Source: Candidatus Latescibacterota bacterium (lineage in GTDB: Bacteria > Latescibacterota > UBA2968). Taken from it: a stretch of 64,000 nt of DNA. Shown one piece after another: positions 26,220-36,015 of this stretch (position 1 is its first letter; the number at the start of each line of letters is the position of its first letter). The stretch covers positions 384,001-448,000 of the forward strand of contig OZ242311.1 in assembly GCA_965207885.1 (NCBI GenBank), given 5' to 3'. The notes below the pieces were generated by a model, which was not told the DNA's origin, made no database searches, and saw only the letters and a list, made by a program, of their open reading frames with translations. A program made the position numbers and the translations under genes.

Positions 26220-27167
26220 TTAATATGTGATTGCGACGGGTTCTGTGAGATGTTCGCCGCGCATGGCGCGCGAGCGGTCGTAATAGGTCCACAGGTCTTC
26301 GAGTTCAAATTCCGCTTCGATGTCTTCTACGGATATATCTTCCATGAGGGATTCGAGTACGAATGTGGCTTCGGGGCGCATGATGTGGATGCGGATTCCC
26401 GCGCCATAGGTGCTGTGGATGTCGCCGAGTTTGTTCTGGTTGAAGTCGAGGTGGTACGCTTTGGTGTCTACGTTGATTTCGGCAAATGCAAAGGGCGGGA
26501 GTTTGCCCTGTTCCACGAGGGGCTCACTATAGCCTTGCCACGCGAGGCGGTGACCGCACATGTCGGTGATGGAGCTTTCCTGGGATTGGCTGACGATGAG
26601 GAATACGCCGTAGTCGCGCGCCCAGGCGGCGTGTCGCATGCCGCCATTGAACATGCTGGGGAAGAAGACCATGCGCGCACCTGAGCGGGCGAGCATCATG
26701 GCAACTTCGGGGAATTTGAGATCAAAGCAGATGCACATGCCCACGCGTCCACGGTCTGTGGCATAAGAGTTGGCCTGTGTGCCGGGCAGGGTGCCGCGTT
26801 CCATTTCGTTGACGGTGGGTTGCACTTTGTGGTAGCGGCCCAAGACGTTTCCATCTCGTCCGATGAGGACGGCGGCGTTGAAGGTCTGGTCTTCCCATCG
26901 CTCTTGCATGCCGACGATGACATGGGTGCCGATTTCCGCGGCTGCTTTGCCAATGGCTTCGGTTGTGGGACCGGGTATGGGTTCGCCCATCCAGGCATCG
27001 CTGTCTTGCGGACAGCCGAGTTCTCGCGCGACTTCGGTGAAGCATACAAAGTCGGGGCAATAAGGGGCTGTTTCTTCGAGGTGGCGCACCATGTGTTCTA
27101 CGTTTTGTTCCGCGTTTTTGTACCCACCTCTGGGAAATGAGACGCTGAGGAGTCGGACGGTTTTCAC
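26220..27167 (-). CDS. Carbon-nitrogen hydrolase (nitrilase superfamily)
   Basis: E-K-C triad: CFTE, GRYHKV, ICFDLKFPE. Confidence 0.88.
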   Translation of the reverse strand: MKTVRLLSVSFPRGGYKNAEQNVEHMVRHLEETAPYCPDFVCFTEVARELGCPQDSDAWMGEPIPGPTTEAIGKAAAEIGTHVIVGMQERWEDQTFNAAVLIGRDGNVLGRYHKVQPTVNEMERGTLPGTQANSYATDRGRVGMCICFDLKFPEVAMMLARSGARMVFFPSMFNGGMRHAAWARDYGVFLIVSQSQESSITDMCGHRLAWQGYSEPLVEQGKLPPFAFAEINVDTKAYHLDFNQNKLGDIHSTYGAGIRIHIMRPEATFVLESLMEDISVEDIEAEFELEDLWTYYDRSRAMRGEHLTEPVAITY

Positions 27168-27191
27168 GGTGTTCTCCTTTTTTGAGATGAA

Positions 27192-28163
27192 CTATCGCTC
27201 TCCGTAATAGGTAATCAAGCACTGGTCCATGACCCAGGATGCACGGGCACCGGTTTCTCCGGTGGATACGCATTGGCCTTCGCCGCGCAGTTCGTTGACG
27301 ATGGTTTGTATCAGGGGTTGTTGGACGTGTGGAGGATTGGGCGCGGAGATGTGTTCTTCTGCGCCATTGCGTTTGAGGATGATGTCGGTGTCTGCGAAGA
27401 CGGGGGTCTGGATTTCGCCTTCGGATCCCGTGAATATGATGCGGTTGTCGGCGTGGTCGGCGTGGAAGTTCCAGATGCCTGTTCCCACGACGCCGCTTTC
27501 AAATTCAAATGCAGCGGTTGTTACGTCTTCGGCTTCGTACGTTCCGCCGGTGTTGAGTGCGTAGCCGCTGGCGCGGGTGATGGGGCTGACGAGGAAGTCG
27601 AGGATGTCGATGCCGTGTGATGCGAGGTCGAGGAATTTGCCTGCGCCGGCGATGGATGGATCGAATCGCCAGTTGTTGGGGTTTGTGTCGAGTTTGCTGT
27701 ATTGGACGATGTGTACAGATGTGAGGGTTCCTATGGCGCCTTCGCGGAGGAGTTCGCGGACTTTCAGGAAGCGGGGGAGTCCGCGGCGGTAATAGGCGAC
27801 AAAGAGGGGCAGGTTTTTGGCTTTGAAGGCTTCGACCATTTGTACGCATTCGCGGTGGTTCATGGCCATGGGTTTTTCGACGTAACATGGTTTGCCTGCT
27901 TCGGCGACGCGGAGAGCGTAGTCGCAGTGCGAGGAGGGCGGGGTGGCGATGTACACGGCGTTGACGTCGGGATGATGGATGACTTCGTCGGCGTTGCTGG
28001 TGGATTGGGATATGCCGTGGCGTTTGGCGAAGTCCGCGGCTTTTTCACCGTCCCGGCGCATGACGATGACGAGTTCTGAGTGGTCCGCCTTGTAAAATCC
28101 CGGGCCACTTTTGACTTCGCATACGTCACCACAACCGATGATGCCCCATTTTACTGTTTGCAT
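27192..28163 (-). CDS. Gfo/Idh/MocA family oxidoreductase
   Basis: WGIIGCG, ATPPSSH, VEKPMA, AYYRR, DLASH. Confidence 0.92.
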   Translation of the reverse strand: MQTVKWGIIGCGDVCEVKSGPGFYKADHSELVIVMRRDGEKAADFAKRHGISQSTSNADEVIHHPDVNAVYIATPPSSHCDYALRVAEAGKPCYVEKPMAMNHRECVQMVEAFKAKNLPLFVAYYRRGLPRFLKVRELLREGAIGTLTSVHIVQYSKLDTNPNNWRFDPSIAGAGKFLDLASHGIDILDFLVSPITRASGYALNTGGTYEAEDVTTAAFEFESGVVGTGIWNFHADHADNRIIFTGSEGEIQTPVFADTDIILKRNGAEEHISAPNPPHVQQPLIQTIVNELRGEGQCVSTGETGARASWVMDQCLITYYGER

Positions 28164-28353
28164 GATAAATCCCTTTCGATAAGATTCAGCCCCTTGCTTC
28201 TTCTCGCAAGCTCAGAAGTTCACGCGGAGACAGGCATCACGCGATCTGACAGAATTGGCTTGACAGGCAAGGGATGATTTTCTTAACTATTCATTGTTAT
28301 AGACAGCGATTATGAGCGTCACATTGCCTCACGATGATTAAAAAGGAAATGTT

Positions 28354-28587
28354 ATGGCTATCGTTCACATTGATCTGACAGATCGCGAAAATGATTGTCT
28401 TATGACAATTGCACGCGAGACTGGCAAGAGTCAGGATGAAGTACTACGCGATGCTATCAATCTTATGATTTCGCAATTTCGGCAGTCAGACCGACGCGCC
28501 TTGCTTCAGAGTGCCCGCGGAATGTGGAAAGATCGTACAGATCTACCTCCTGCTGAGGAGCTTCGACGCGAATGGGACAGACTGTAA
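28354..28587 (+). CDS. CopG/RHH-type VapB-like antitoxin (orphan)
   Basis: RHH-like ARETGKSQDEVLRDAI; C-terminal ARGMWKDR...LRREWDR resembles PIN-toxin antitoxins. Confidence 0.7.
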   Translation: MAIVHIDLTDRENDCLMTIARETGKSQDEVLRDAINLMISQFRQSDRRALLQSARGMWKDRTDLPPAEELRREWDRL

Positions 28588-28623
28588 GATATGGCTATCC
28601 GACTTTTATATGAACTCGCAATC

Positions 28624-29166
28624 TCAGAATGATTGCGGGTTCTTTTTTGCAAAATTCTGTAATTTTGACAGTAGAGAGCCGCCTGAGAGCAGGTAGATTC
28701 CCAGGCCCAGATAAATTATAGCGGCGGTTCCCTCTGACCAGAGATGCGAGGGCAGGTCACGAATCCAGAGATACCAGGGCATGGTTTTATTTTCGATAAA
28801 AAAAAGCAAGATAATTCCCTGCTTAATTATTTTGGGCACACCTGTGAACACCATATAGACCCCGATGAGGCGCATGCCCACGTTGTAAAGTATCTTAGAC
28901 CAATTATTGTCGGGTGAAATTTCAATTTCTCTTTCAACAGGATCTAATTTTTGCGCGATTGCGTCGGCGTATTTCAAGAATATATACGCGAAGATGAGAT
29001 AGAGAAACGGTAGAGCAAAGTATCCATAAAGTGCACTTGTCGGCGTATCGGGCTGGATCATTATAAGTCCCTGGGGTATAAATCCAAGCCAACTCACCAC
29101 ATTTACCAGAAACATCAATCCGAGAATTTTACAGGCGACTTTAATGAGCGCGTGTGAATGGATCAT
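28624..29166 (-). CDS. Hypothetical 4-TM membrane protein
   Basis: 180-aa AT-rich ORF with two similar hydrophobic hairpins. Confidence 0.7.
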   Translation of the reverse strand: MIHSHALIKVACKILGLMFLVNVVSWLGFIPQGLIMIQPDTPTSALYGYFALPFLYLIFAYIFLKYADAIAQKLDPVEREIEISPDNNWSKILYNVGMRLIGVYMVFTGVPKIIKQGIILLFFIENKTMPWYLWIRDLPSHLWSEGTAAIIYLGLGIYLLSGGSLLSKLQNFAKKNPQSF

Positions 29167-29212
29167 GGTTATCGTCTCTCAATCTATGTTTTCATGCGGG
29201 GTGGCTCAAAAC

Positions 29213-29274
29213 CTTCTGGATCGCGGCTCAGAACCATGCCGCGATGACGGGTGGGCACGGGGACCCGCCCCTAC
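29213..29274. repeat. Composite palindromic repeats (RPE-like element plus GTAG-type REP)
   Basis: 29213-29250 matches 2661-2698 inverted; 29248-29274 resembles 12763-12789. Confidence 0.7.
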
Positions 29275-29315
29275 AACATATACAACAATTGGTCTCCTAC
29301 TTCCTCCTTCACACT

Positions 29316-30341
29316 TCAATCCGGTGTCGGCGCGTCTTCTCGTAGCAAGCCTTCGGATTTTAGTTCGGCCCAGAGGTCTGAGGGTATGGGGTGCTGGTAG
29401 TTTTTGATGTTTGCATGGATGTATTCGGGCTTGAGAGCACCGGGGATGATGGCGGCGACGCTGGGGTGTGCGAGTGGGAACTGGATGGCTGCTGCCGGGA
29501 GCGGTACGTTGTGTGCGTTGCATATTGTTTCTATTTTTCGGGTTTTTTCAAGGATTTCCGAGGTTGCGGTGTCGTAGGCGTATAATGCGCCTTCCACTGG
29601 TCCTGTGGCGAGGATGCCGGAGGCGAATACAGAGCCGATGACGATGTCGGCGCCGTGTTCGGCGCATTTTGGAAATTCTTCGTCCAATGGGTCCTGGTCG
29701 AGGAGGGTATAGGGCATGGCGACGATGAAGAAGTCTATATCTATCATGTCCAGGAATCGGGGAATGAGTCCCAGCATGTTGAGCCCCACGCCAATGCCTT
29801 TGATTTGTCCGCTTGAGCGCAGTTCGTCCAGGGCGCGCCAGCCGCTTGTGTAGATTTGGGCAAGGGTGGCGGTTACCATGTCTTCGGAGGTGTGAAAGAA
29901 GTAGTCGGGGTCGTGTATGAGGAGCAGATCTACGGCGTGTAAGCTCAGTCGCTGTAGGCTGTCTTCATAAGATCGCATGATGCCGTCATAGCTGTAGTCG
30001 AAGGCGTATTCAAAGGGCAAGCCGCCGATCCACATGTCTTTGTCAAATGTTTTGAGGTCGCGCGTGGCTTTTAATACGCGTCCGACTTTGGTGGAGATGG
30101 CAAATTCTTCTCTGTTCTGTTGTCGCAGAAAATGTCCGAGGCGATGCTCGCTTTTACCATAGCCGTAAAAGGGGGCTGTGTCGAAGTACCGAATGCCCGC
30201 ATCCCAGGCGGCTTGTAAGGTGTTTTGCGCCTGTGTTTCGCTTACGAGTTCGAATAGATCACCTATGGGCGCGCCGCCCATGCCCATTTCGGTTACTTCG
30301 AGACCTGTTTGGCCAACGGTTCGCGTTTTGATTGTGTTCAT
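29316..30341 (-). CDS. Aldo/keto reductase (D-threo-aldose / L-fucose dehydrogenase-like)
   Basis: GIRYFDTAPFYGYGKSE, STKVGR, FDYSYDG, LLLIHD. Confidence 0.9.
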   Translation of the reverse strand: MNTIKTRTVGQTGLEVTEMGMGGAPIGDLFELVSETQAQNTLQAAWDAGIRYFDTAPFYGYGKSEHRLGHFLRQQNREEFAISTKVGRVLKATRDLKTFDKDMWIGGLPFEYAFDYSYDGIMRSYEDSLQRLSLHAVDLLLIHDPDYFFHTSEDMVTATLAQIYTSGWRALDELRSSGQIKGIGVGLNMLGLIPRFLDMIDIDFFIVAMPYTLLDQDPLDEEFPKCAEHGADIVIGSVFASGILATGPVEGALYAYDTATSEILEKTRKIETICNAHNVPLPAAAIQFPLAHPSVAAIIPGALKPEYIHANIKNYQHPIPSDLWAELKSEGLLREDAPTPD

Positions 30342-30359
30342 GAGGTATTTCTCCTGATC

Positions 30360-31781
30360 TTATACTGTAGGTAGTGGCGCGTCGTCGTCCGTTTCGCGTT
30401 GCCAGAGGCGAATTTTTGCCGCCATTTTGCGTATGCGGTCTCTATGTACGGGTTCGTCGAATAGGTTTATGAGTTCATGGGGATCGCTGTTCAGGTCGAA
30501 TAATTCGCATTGGTCGCCTGCGCATAGATTGAGTTTCCATCGGTCGGCTGTTACGATTGAACGCCAGGGGAGGGTGGCGATTAAGTTGATCTGCGGTGAG
30601 CCGAGGTTGCGATCTCCCAGTCCGTTCCACTGAATGAAGACTTCGTTATCGTCGAGTGTTTCTCTGCCTTCGAGGACGGGTACCCGGCTGGTGCCTTGCA
30701 GGTGATCGGGCACGGGTTGTCCCATGAGGTCTAATAAGGTGGGGACGAGATCGATATGGCCGATGTTGCCGGGGATCATTCGGCGTTCGCGCCCGAGATG
30801 GGGGATCCGCATCATGAGGGGGACTTTGGCAGAGGGTTCGTAGAATGCGCGTTTTTCCCGCATGCCCTGGTCACCTGCCATTTCGCCGTGGTCAGAGCTG
30901 AATACGACTATGGTGTTGTCGGCGTGACCCGATTTTTCAAGGGCGTCCATCAGTCTGCCCAGTGCCCGATCTACGAGTGTGACGGTGCCGTAGTATTCGG
31001 CGCGGAATTTTCTCAGTTTTGCTTCTGCGGCGCGTTGTTCTTCTGAGGAACTATCTAACTGTATATTGCGTTCTGCTCTCAGTCTGTTAAATAGCGATGC
31101 GCCCTTGGGATAGCGCGTGAATGCGGGACCTACTGGCATTTTGTTGGGGTCGTGTATATGTTTCATCGGTCCGGAGACGGGCGGGTGTGGTTCGGGGCAG
31201 TGGACCTGTAGCATGAAGGGTTTGTCGCGTTCTGCCATCAGAAAGCGGGCGGCTTCGTCACATAGAAATGATACCATGGAGAGGTGTTCGGGCAAGTCTG
31301 CGCGCAGTTGTCCAGAGAATACGCGGTGTCCGGCTTCTGTTGTTTTGTCTGGTTCGATTCCATTTTCCACCAGGAACTGGTGATACGGTGTGTCCGGGTG
31401 GTCGATGACCCAGGGCAATTCAAAGACGGGCAGCCATTCGTCAAATCCGTGTTGTCGCGTTGTTTCTTTACCCAGGTGCCATTTGCCGTAGTAGGCTTTG
31501 TGGTAATCGTCTGATGTCATTTCTGCGATGGATTTGATTTCTGGGTCGAGCAGGATGTTGTTTTTGACCATTCTGGCGGAGTGTGGATATAGTCCCGTTA
31601 CGAGGGTTGCGCGCGATGGCGTGCAGACGGGTTGCGCGCAATAGGGGTTTTCGAAGACAAAGCTTTCGTTGGCGAGGGCGTTCATGTTCGGCGTCTGGAT
31701 CCAGTCGTTGCCATAGCACGCCATGGTGTCGGAGCGTTGTTGGTCGGTGATGAATAGCAGAATGTTGGGGTGACGTTGCAT
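30360..31781 (-). CDS. Sulfatase
   Basis: PNILLFITDQQR, CTPSRATLVTG, YGKWHL, SDHGEM. Confidence 0.95.
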   Translation of the reverse strand: MQRHPNILLFITDQQRSDTMACYGNDWIQTPNMNALANESFVFENPYCAQPVCTPSRATLVTGLYPHSARMVKNNILLDPEIKSIAEMTSDDYHKAYYGKWHLGKETTRQHGFDEWLPVFELPWVIDHPDTPYHQFLVENGIEPDKTTEAGHRVFSGQLRADLPEHLSMVSFLCDEAARFLMAERDKPFMLQVHCPEPHPPVSGPMKHIHDPNKMPVGPAFTRYPKGASLFNRLRAERNIQLDSSSEEQRAAEAKLRKFRAEYYGTVTLVDRALGRLMDALEKSGHADNTIVVFSSDHGEMAGDQGMREKRAFYEPSAKVPLMMRIPHLGRERRMIPGNIGHIDLVPTLLDLMGQPVPDHLQGTSRVPVLEGRETLDDNEVFIQWNGLGDRNLGSPQINLIATLPWRSIVTADRWKLNLCAGDQCELFDLNSDPHELINLFDEPVHRDRIRKMAAKIRLWQRETDDDAPLPTV

Positions 31782-31891
31782 GTGTGCCTTTCTATCTTGA
31801 TGCTGAAGGGAGGCAGGAACAATCAAGGGGAAATATCTGTCAAATTGGGTGAAAAACAAGTTGAAAATCACATTGCTAAGGAGGAGATTCT

Positions 31892-33193
31892 ATGGTTGGT
31901 CATATTGTTCGTATGGTTTGTGTTCTGGCTCTTGTTCCGCTGAGTGTTGATGCAGATAATTGGCCGCAGTGGCGGGGTCCGCAGCAAGATGGGGTGAGTA
32001 CGGCTAAGAATTTGCCCGCGTCATGGAGTCTTGAAGAGAATATTATCTGGAAGGCCGAGTTACCTTCGTGGAGCGGGAGTACGCCTGTTATCTGGGAAGA
32101 TCGCATTTTTCTGACTTCGCCGTCGCCTGCGCAAAGGCCAGAGGATCAGGAACCGGGGGGACCGGAGATTTTTATTTTGTGTTTGTCGAAGAAAGATGGC
32201 AGTGAACTCTGGCGGTATAAGTTGGATGAGGGCAATGTGCTGCGGCGCAAGCACAATACGACGTCGCCGTCGCCTGTTACGGATGGGGCGCATGTGTGGG
32301 TGATTACGGGCAATGGGGTTGTGACGTGTCTGGATATGGATGGAAAGGCGGTCTGGTCGCGCGATCTCCAAGAGGATTACGGCAGATTTGGTCTGCTTTT
32401 CGGGTATGCGTCTTCGCCGATTCTGTACGATGGGAAGCTCATTCTTCAGGTGCTTCACGGGATGCGTACAGATGATCCTTCGTATGTTGTCGCGTTGGAC
32501 GCCAGTAGTGGGAAAGAGGTCTGGCGGAAGGAGCGCCCGACAGATGCTATTCGAGAGTCGCCCGATTCGTACACGACGCCCACGTTGTTGAATCGCGATG
32601 GCAAGACTCAGATTGTGATTACGGGTGGGGATTGTGTGACGGGGCACGATCCGGATACGGGGCGTGAGGTCTGGCGGGCAAATGGGTTGAATCCCGGGCG
32701 GAGGGGCAATTATCGGATTGTGGCGTCTCCCGTGGTGGTCGGGGATATGATTTATGCGCCGACCCGGCAGCGGCCCTTGCTGGCGCTTGAGGCTGGTGGC
32801 ACGGGCGATGTTTCCGGCAATGTGGTGTGGAAGTGGGAGGGGGCTGCTGCGCCGGATGTGCCGACGCCGACGAGTGATGGGAAGTATTTTTATATGGTTG
32901 ATGATCGCGGGCGGGCGATGTGTCTGGATGCAAAGACCGGGGCTGTGGTGTGGGGTCCTGAGCGGACGACGCAAGGTATTGTGAGCGCGTCACCCCATCT
33001 GGCGGATGGCAAGTTGTTTTTGCTGAATGAATATGCTGTGACGACTGTTCTGGCTGCTGGTCCCAAATATGAGGTTTTGGGTACGAATGAACTGGATGGT
33101 ACGTACACACTGTCGTCCCCCGTTTCGTCCGGGTCACAGCTTTTTATTCGGACGGCGACGCATTTGTATTGTATTGGGTATAGTGGGGAGTAA
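31892..33193 (+). CDS. PQQ-binding-like beta-propeller protein (BamB-like), exported
   Basis: Signal peptide, NWPQWRGP, repeated SP..G..W motifs. Confidence 0.88.
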   Translation: MVGHIVRMVCVLALVPLSVDADNWPQWRGPQQDGVSTAKNLPASWSLEENIIWKAELPSWSGSTPVIWEDRIFLTSPSPAQRPEDQEPGGPEIFILCLSKKDGSELWRYKLDEGNVLRRKHNTTSPSPVTDGAHVWVITGNGVVTCLDMDGKAVWSRDLQEDYGRFGLLFGYASSPILYDGKLILQVLHGMRTDDPSYVVALDASSGKEVWRKERPTDAIRESPDSYTTPTLLNRDGKTQIVITGGDCVTGHDPDTGREVWRANGLNPGRRGNYRIVASPVVVGDMIYAPTRQRPLLALEAGGTGDVSGNVVWKWEGAAAPDVPTPTSDGKYFYMVDDRGRAMCLDAKTGAVVWGPERTTQGIVSASPHLADGKLFLLNEYAVTTVLAAGPKYEVLGTNELDGTYTLSSPVSSGSQLFIRTATHLYCIGYSGE

Positions 33194-33214
33194 ACGGAGT
33201 CTGTCCAAAAAGAG

Positions 33215-33249
33215 AACGCCCCAGCATCCGTTTTGCCGGGGCGTTTTTT
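33215..33249 (+). terminator. Intrinsic terminator
   Basis: AACGCCCCAGCA-loop-TGCCGGGGCGTT followed by a T tract. Confidence 0.75.
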
Positions 33250-33265
33250 GCGCCGGGTATGTCCA

Positions 33266-33712
33266 ATGTCCAATTATTCACAAATTGAATTGGAAAGTTT
33301 TATGACCGCTGCACTCGTCGAGGGCAGAAGAGCGCTTCCCGAGTGTTTGCCCAATCCGCCGGTCGGATGTGTGCTTGTGCGAGAACGCAAAATTATTGCC
33401 CGGGGATATACCAATCCGCCGGGTCAATTTCACGCAGAGGCGATGGCACTGGCGCAAGTGGCGGGTTCACTGGAAGATGTTACGGCATTCGTCACTCTGG
33501 AGCCGTGTTCTTTTTATGGGCGCACGCCTTCGTGTGCGCAGGCACTTGTTCAGAGAAAAGTCCGGGATGTTTTTGTCGCACTTATCGATCCGCATCCCCA
33601 GAATCGTGGACGGGGTATTCAAATTCTTAAAGACGCGGATATTCCCGTGCAGGTCGGTCTGTTAGAGGAAGAGGCTGAGAAAGACCTGGGTCATTATCTT
33701 TTCAAATGTTAA
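33266..33712 (+). CDS. Stand-alone RibD-type zinc deaminase domain
   Basis: PNPPVGCV, HAE, VTLEPC..GRTPSC, DPHP; no reductase domain. Confidence 0.85.
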   Translation: MSNYSQIELESFMTAALVEGRRALPECLPNPPVGCVLVRERKIIARGYTNPPGQFHAEAMALAQVAGSLEDVTAFVTLEPCSFYGRTPSCAQALVQRKVRDVFVALIDPHPQNRGRGIQILKDADIPVQVGLLEEEAEKDLGHYLFKC

Positions 33713-33732
33713 TCATTCCCACAGGAGACACT

Positions 33733-34566
33733 ATGAACAACTGGATGGATATTTACGAAGAACGAAACTACGGGGGTATGCCCTATCGCTTGCTCAGACC
33801 CATTGATATCGCAGACCATCCCGATAAAGCGTATCCTCTCATTTTCAGCTTGCACGGTGCGGGAGGTAAAGGTACGGATAATATCAAAAACCTGCGCCAC
33901 TGGAACGAATCGCCACTGGCTGAAGAAACACATCGCCGCAAATATCCCTGTTTTGTTCTTGCACCTCAAACGCCCCTGCGCTGGCTGGTGCCCAATTCCA
34001 TGCCCGAGGTCACACAGGAATATATAGATTCGCTGACCGACATCTGGCAAGCGCGCGTTAAGCGATTGCTGGATCGAGGTGACGATCTCACAGCAGGTGA
34101 TTTGGGCAGAGCCTTTGATCTGCTGGACGCGATATGCGATGCGTTTCCAATTGATCAGGATCGCATCTATGTGCTGGGGCATTCAATGGGTGGATTCGGT
34201 ACCTGGAACGCCGTTTGCGCACAACCCGACCGCTTCGCCGCCGCGATGCCTTCTGCTGGCGGGTGCGAACCGTGGAATGACATCAGCCGCATTGCAGAAG
34301 TTCCCATCTGGACATTTCACGGCGATGCCGATGCAGTCGTGCCCGTTGATTTGACCCAGGATGCCTTTCGCCAGTTGAACGCGCTGAATGCCAATACCAA
34401 ATACACGGAATTGAAAGACGTGGGACACAATGCGAGTGCCTACGGTTTTGCGTACACAGGCGATGACCCGCAACGCGGATTTATCACGCACTTTGCCAGC
34501 GATCAGTGCGACAAAACCGAGAATGTCTGGGACTGGCTATTTGCACAAAAGCAGGGTGAAGTGTGA
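33733..34566 (+). CDS. Alpha/beta hydrolase (phospholipase/carboxylesterase-like)
   Basis: YPL..SLHGAG, GHSMGG, FHGDAD, GH. Confidence 0.85.
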   Translation: MNNWMDIYEERNYGGMPYRLLRPIDIADHPDKAYPLIFSLHGAGGKGTDNIKNLRHWNESPLAEETHRRKYPCFVLAPQTPLRWLVPNSMPEVTQEYIDSLTDIWQARVKRLLDRGDDLTAGDLGRAFDLLDAICDAFPIDQDRIYVLGHSMGGFGTWNAVCAQPDRFAAAMPSAGGCEPWNDISRIAEVPIWTFHGDADAVVPVDLTQDAFRQLNALNANTKYTELKDVGHNASAYGFAYTGDDPQRGFITHFASDQCDKTENVWDWLFAQKQGEV

Positions 34567-34662
34567 AGTAGGAAGTGTGAAGGGTGAAAGGTGAAAAAGC
34601 ACCCGTTTTAGGGTGGTGTTGGGTGGTTTTCTCACTTCTCACTTCTTCCTTCTAACTTCCTA
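34561..34662. repeat. Degenerate heptamer tandem repeats in inverted arrangement between convergent genes
   Basis: GTGAAGT AGGAAGT GTGAAGG GTGAAAG ... TTCTCAC TTCTCAC TTCTTCC TTCTAAC. Confidence 0.55.
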
Positions 34663-35925
34663 AATTGCTGTACCTGAAGGAATGACGGCGTCTTTGGTGA
34701 TGACGACGATGCCGTCGCGGATGGCGTAGGCGTCGCGTTCTGCTTCGCGGATGTTTTTTGCGTTTTGGATGGTGACGTTTTCCCCTATGCGCGCGTTTTT
34801 GTCGATGATTGCATTGTCGATTACGCATCCTGGACCGATGCCTACGTTTGGGATGCCTTTTTGTTTGTTGCGTTTTTTGTCTTCGGGGGTTTCGTAAAAG
34901 TCGGCGCCCATCATGACGGTGTTGGTGAGTTTGACGCGGGGACCAACGATGCTGCGGATGCCGATGACGGCGTGTTCTATTTCTGCGTCTTGTATGTCGG
35001 AGCCGTCGCCGATTTTGCATTGTTTGAGGTGGCATCCATCCAGTTTGGTCGCGGCGAGGTAGCGCGGGCGGGTGTAGATGGGGGCGCCGGGTTGATAAAA
35101 GGTGAAGAGGGGCGCCGGGGTTGTGAGTGCGAGGTTGGCTTCGTAGAAGGCGCGGATGGTGCCGATGTCTTCCCAGTATCCTTCGAATCGGTGGGCATAG
35201 ACGTTGTGGCTGTGAATGGCGGTGGGGATGATGTGTTTGCCAAAGTCGTCGCCGCTGCTTTCCGCGAGGAGTGTTCTCAGTTTTTCTTTTTCAAAGACGT
35301 AGATGCCCATGGAGGCCATGTACGCTTCGTCGGGGTTGCTGCCGGGTGCAGGATCGAGTTTGAGGTCGTCCAGTTCGGCGTCGGTTTGCGGTTTTTCTAC
35401 GAAGTCGATGATGCGTCCGGTGTCATCTACTTTGAGGATGCCGAGGTCGGGCGCGATTTCTCGGGTGACGGGTTTGACGGCGATGGTGAGATCTGCGCCT
35501 TTTTCCCGGTGTTCGGCGATGAAGTCCCGGTAGTTCATGCGGTAGAGGTGGTCGCCAGAGAGGATGAGATATTGATCTATCTGGTAGGACATGAAGTGGC
35601 GGAGTTGCTGACGAACCGCGTCGGCTGTGCCTTGATACCAGTCGAGGCGGTCTTCGGTTTGTTCGGCGGCGAGGATTTCGACAAAGCCGTTTGAAAAGGC
35701 GTCGAAGCGATAGGTTTGGGCGATGTGGCGGTTGAGAGAGGCGGAGTTGAATTGGGTGAGGGCGTAGATGCGTGTGAGGCCCGAGTGCAGGCAGTTGCTG
35801 ATGGGTATGTCGATGAGGCGATATTTGCCGCCGATAGGGACGGCGGGTTTGGAGCGGTATTTGGTCAGTGGATAGAGGCGCGACCCCGCGCCACCGCCTA
35901 AGATGATGCCGATAACGGATTCCAC
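34660..35925 (-). CDS. glgC: Glucose-1-phosphate adenylyltransferase
   Basis: ILGGGAGSRLYPLT..RSKPAVPIGGKYRLIDIPISNC, WYQGTADAVR, SGDHLY, YWEDIGT. Confidence 0.97.
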   Translation of the reverse strand: MESVIGIILGGGAGSRLYPLTKYRSKPAVPIGGKYRLIDIPISNCLHSGLTRIYALTQFNSASLNRHIAQTYRFDAFSNGFVEILAAEQTEDRLDWYQGTADAVRQQLRHFMSYQIDQYLILSGDHLYRMNYRDFIAEHREKGADLTIAVKPVTREIAPDLGILKVDDTGRIIDFVEKPQTDAELDDLKLDPAPGSNPDEAYMASMGIYVFEKEKLRTLLAESSGDDFGKHIIPTAIHSHNVYAHRFEGYWEDIGTIRAFYEANLALTTPAPLFTFYQPGAPIYTRPRYLAATKLDGCHLKQCKIGDGSDIQDAEIEHAVIGIRSIVGPRVKLTNTVMMGADFYETPEDKKRNKQKGIPNVGIGPGCVIDNAIIDKNARIGENVTIQNAKNIREAERDAYAIRDGIVVITKDAVIPSGTAI

Positions 35926-36015
35926 GCAAAACCTCCTTGTGTTGTGAGGGGGTGTGATATAATATAAATATAGGAATGAAGGTCAAATTGGTCGATATGT
36001 TCAGTGAAAGGAGAA

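Noticed and set aside
28168-28240. Possible degenerate REP-like palindrome upstream of the oxidoreductase
   Set aside because: Too degenerate, with no second copy in the window.
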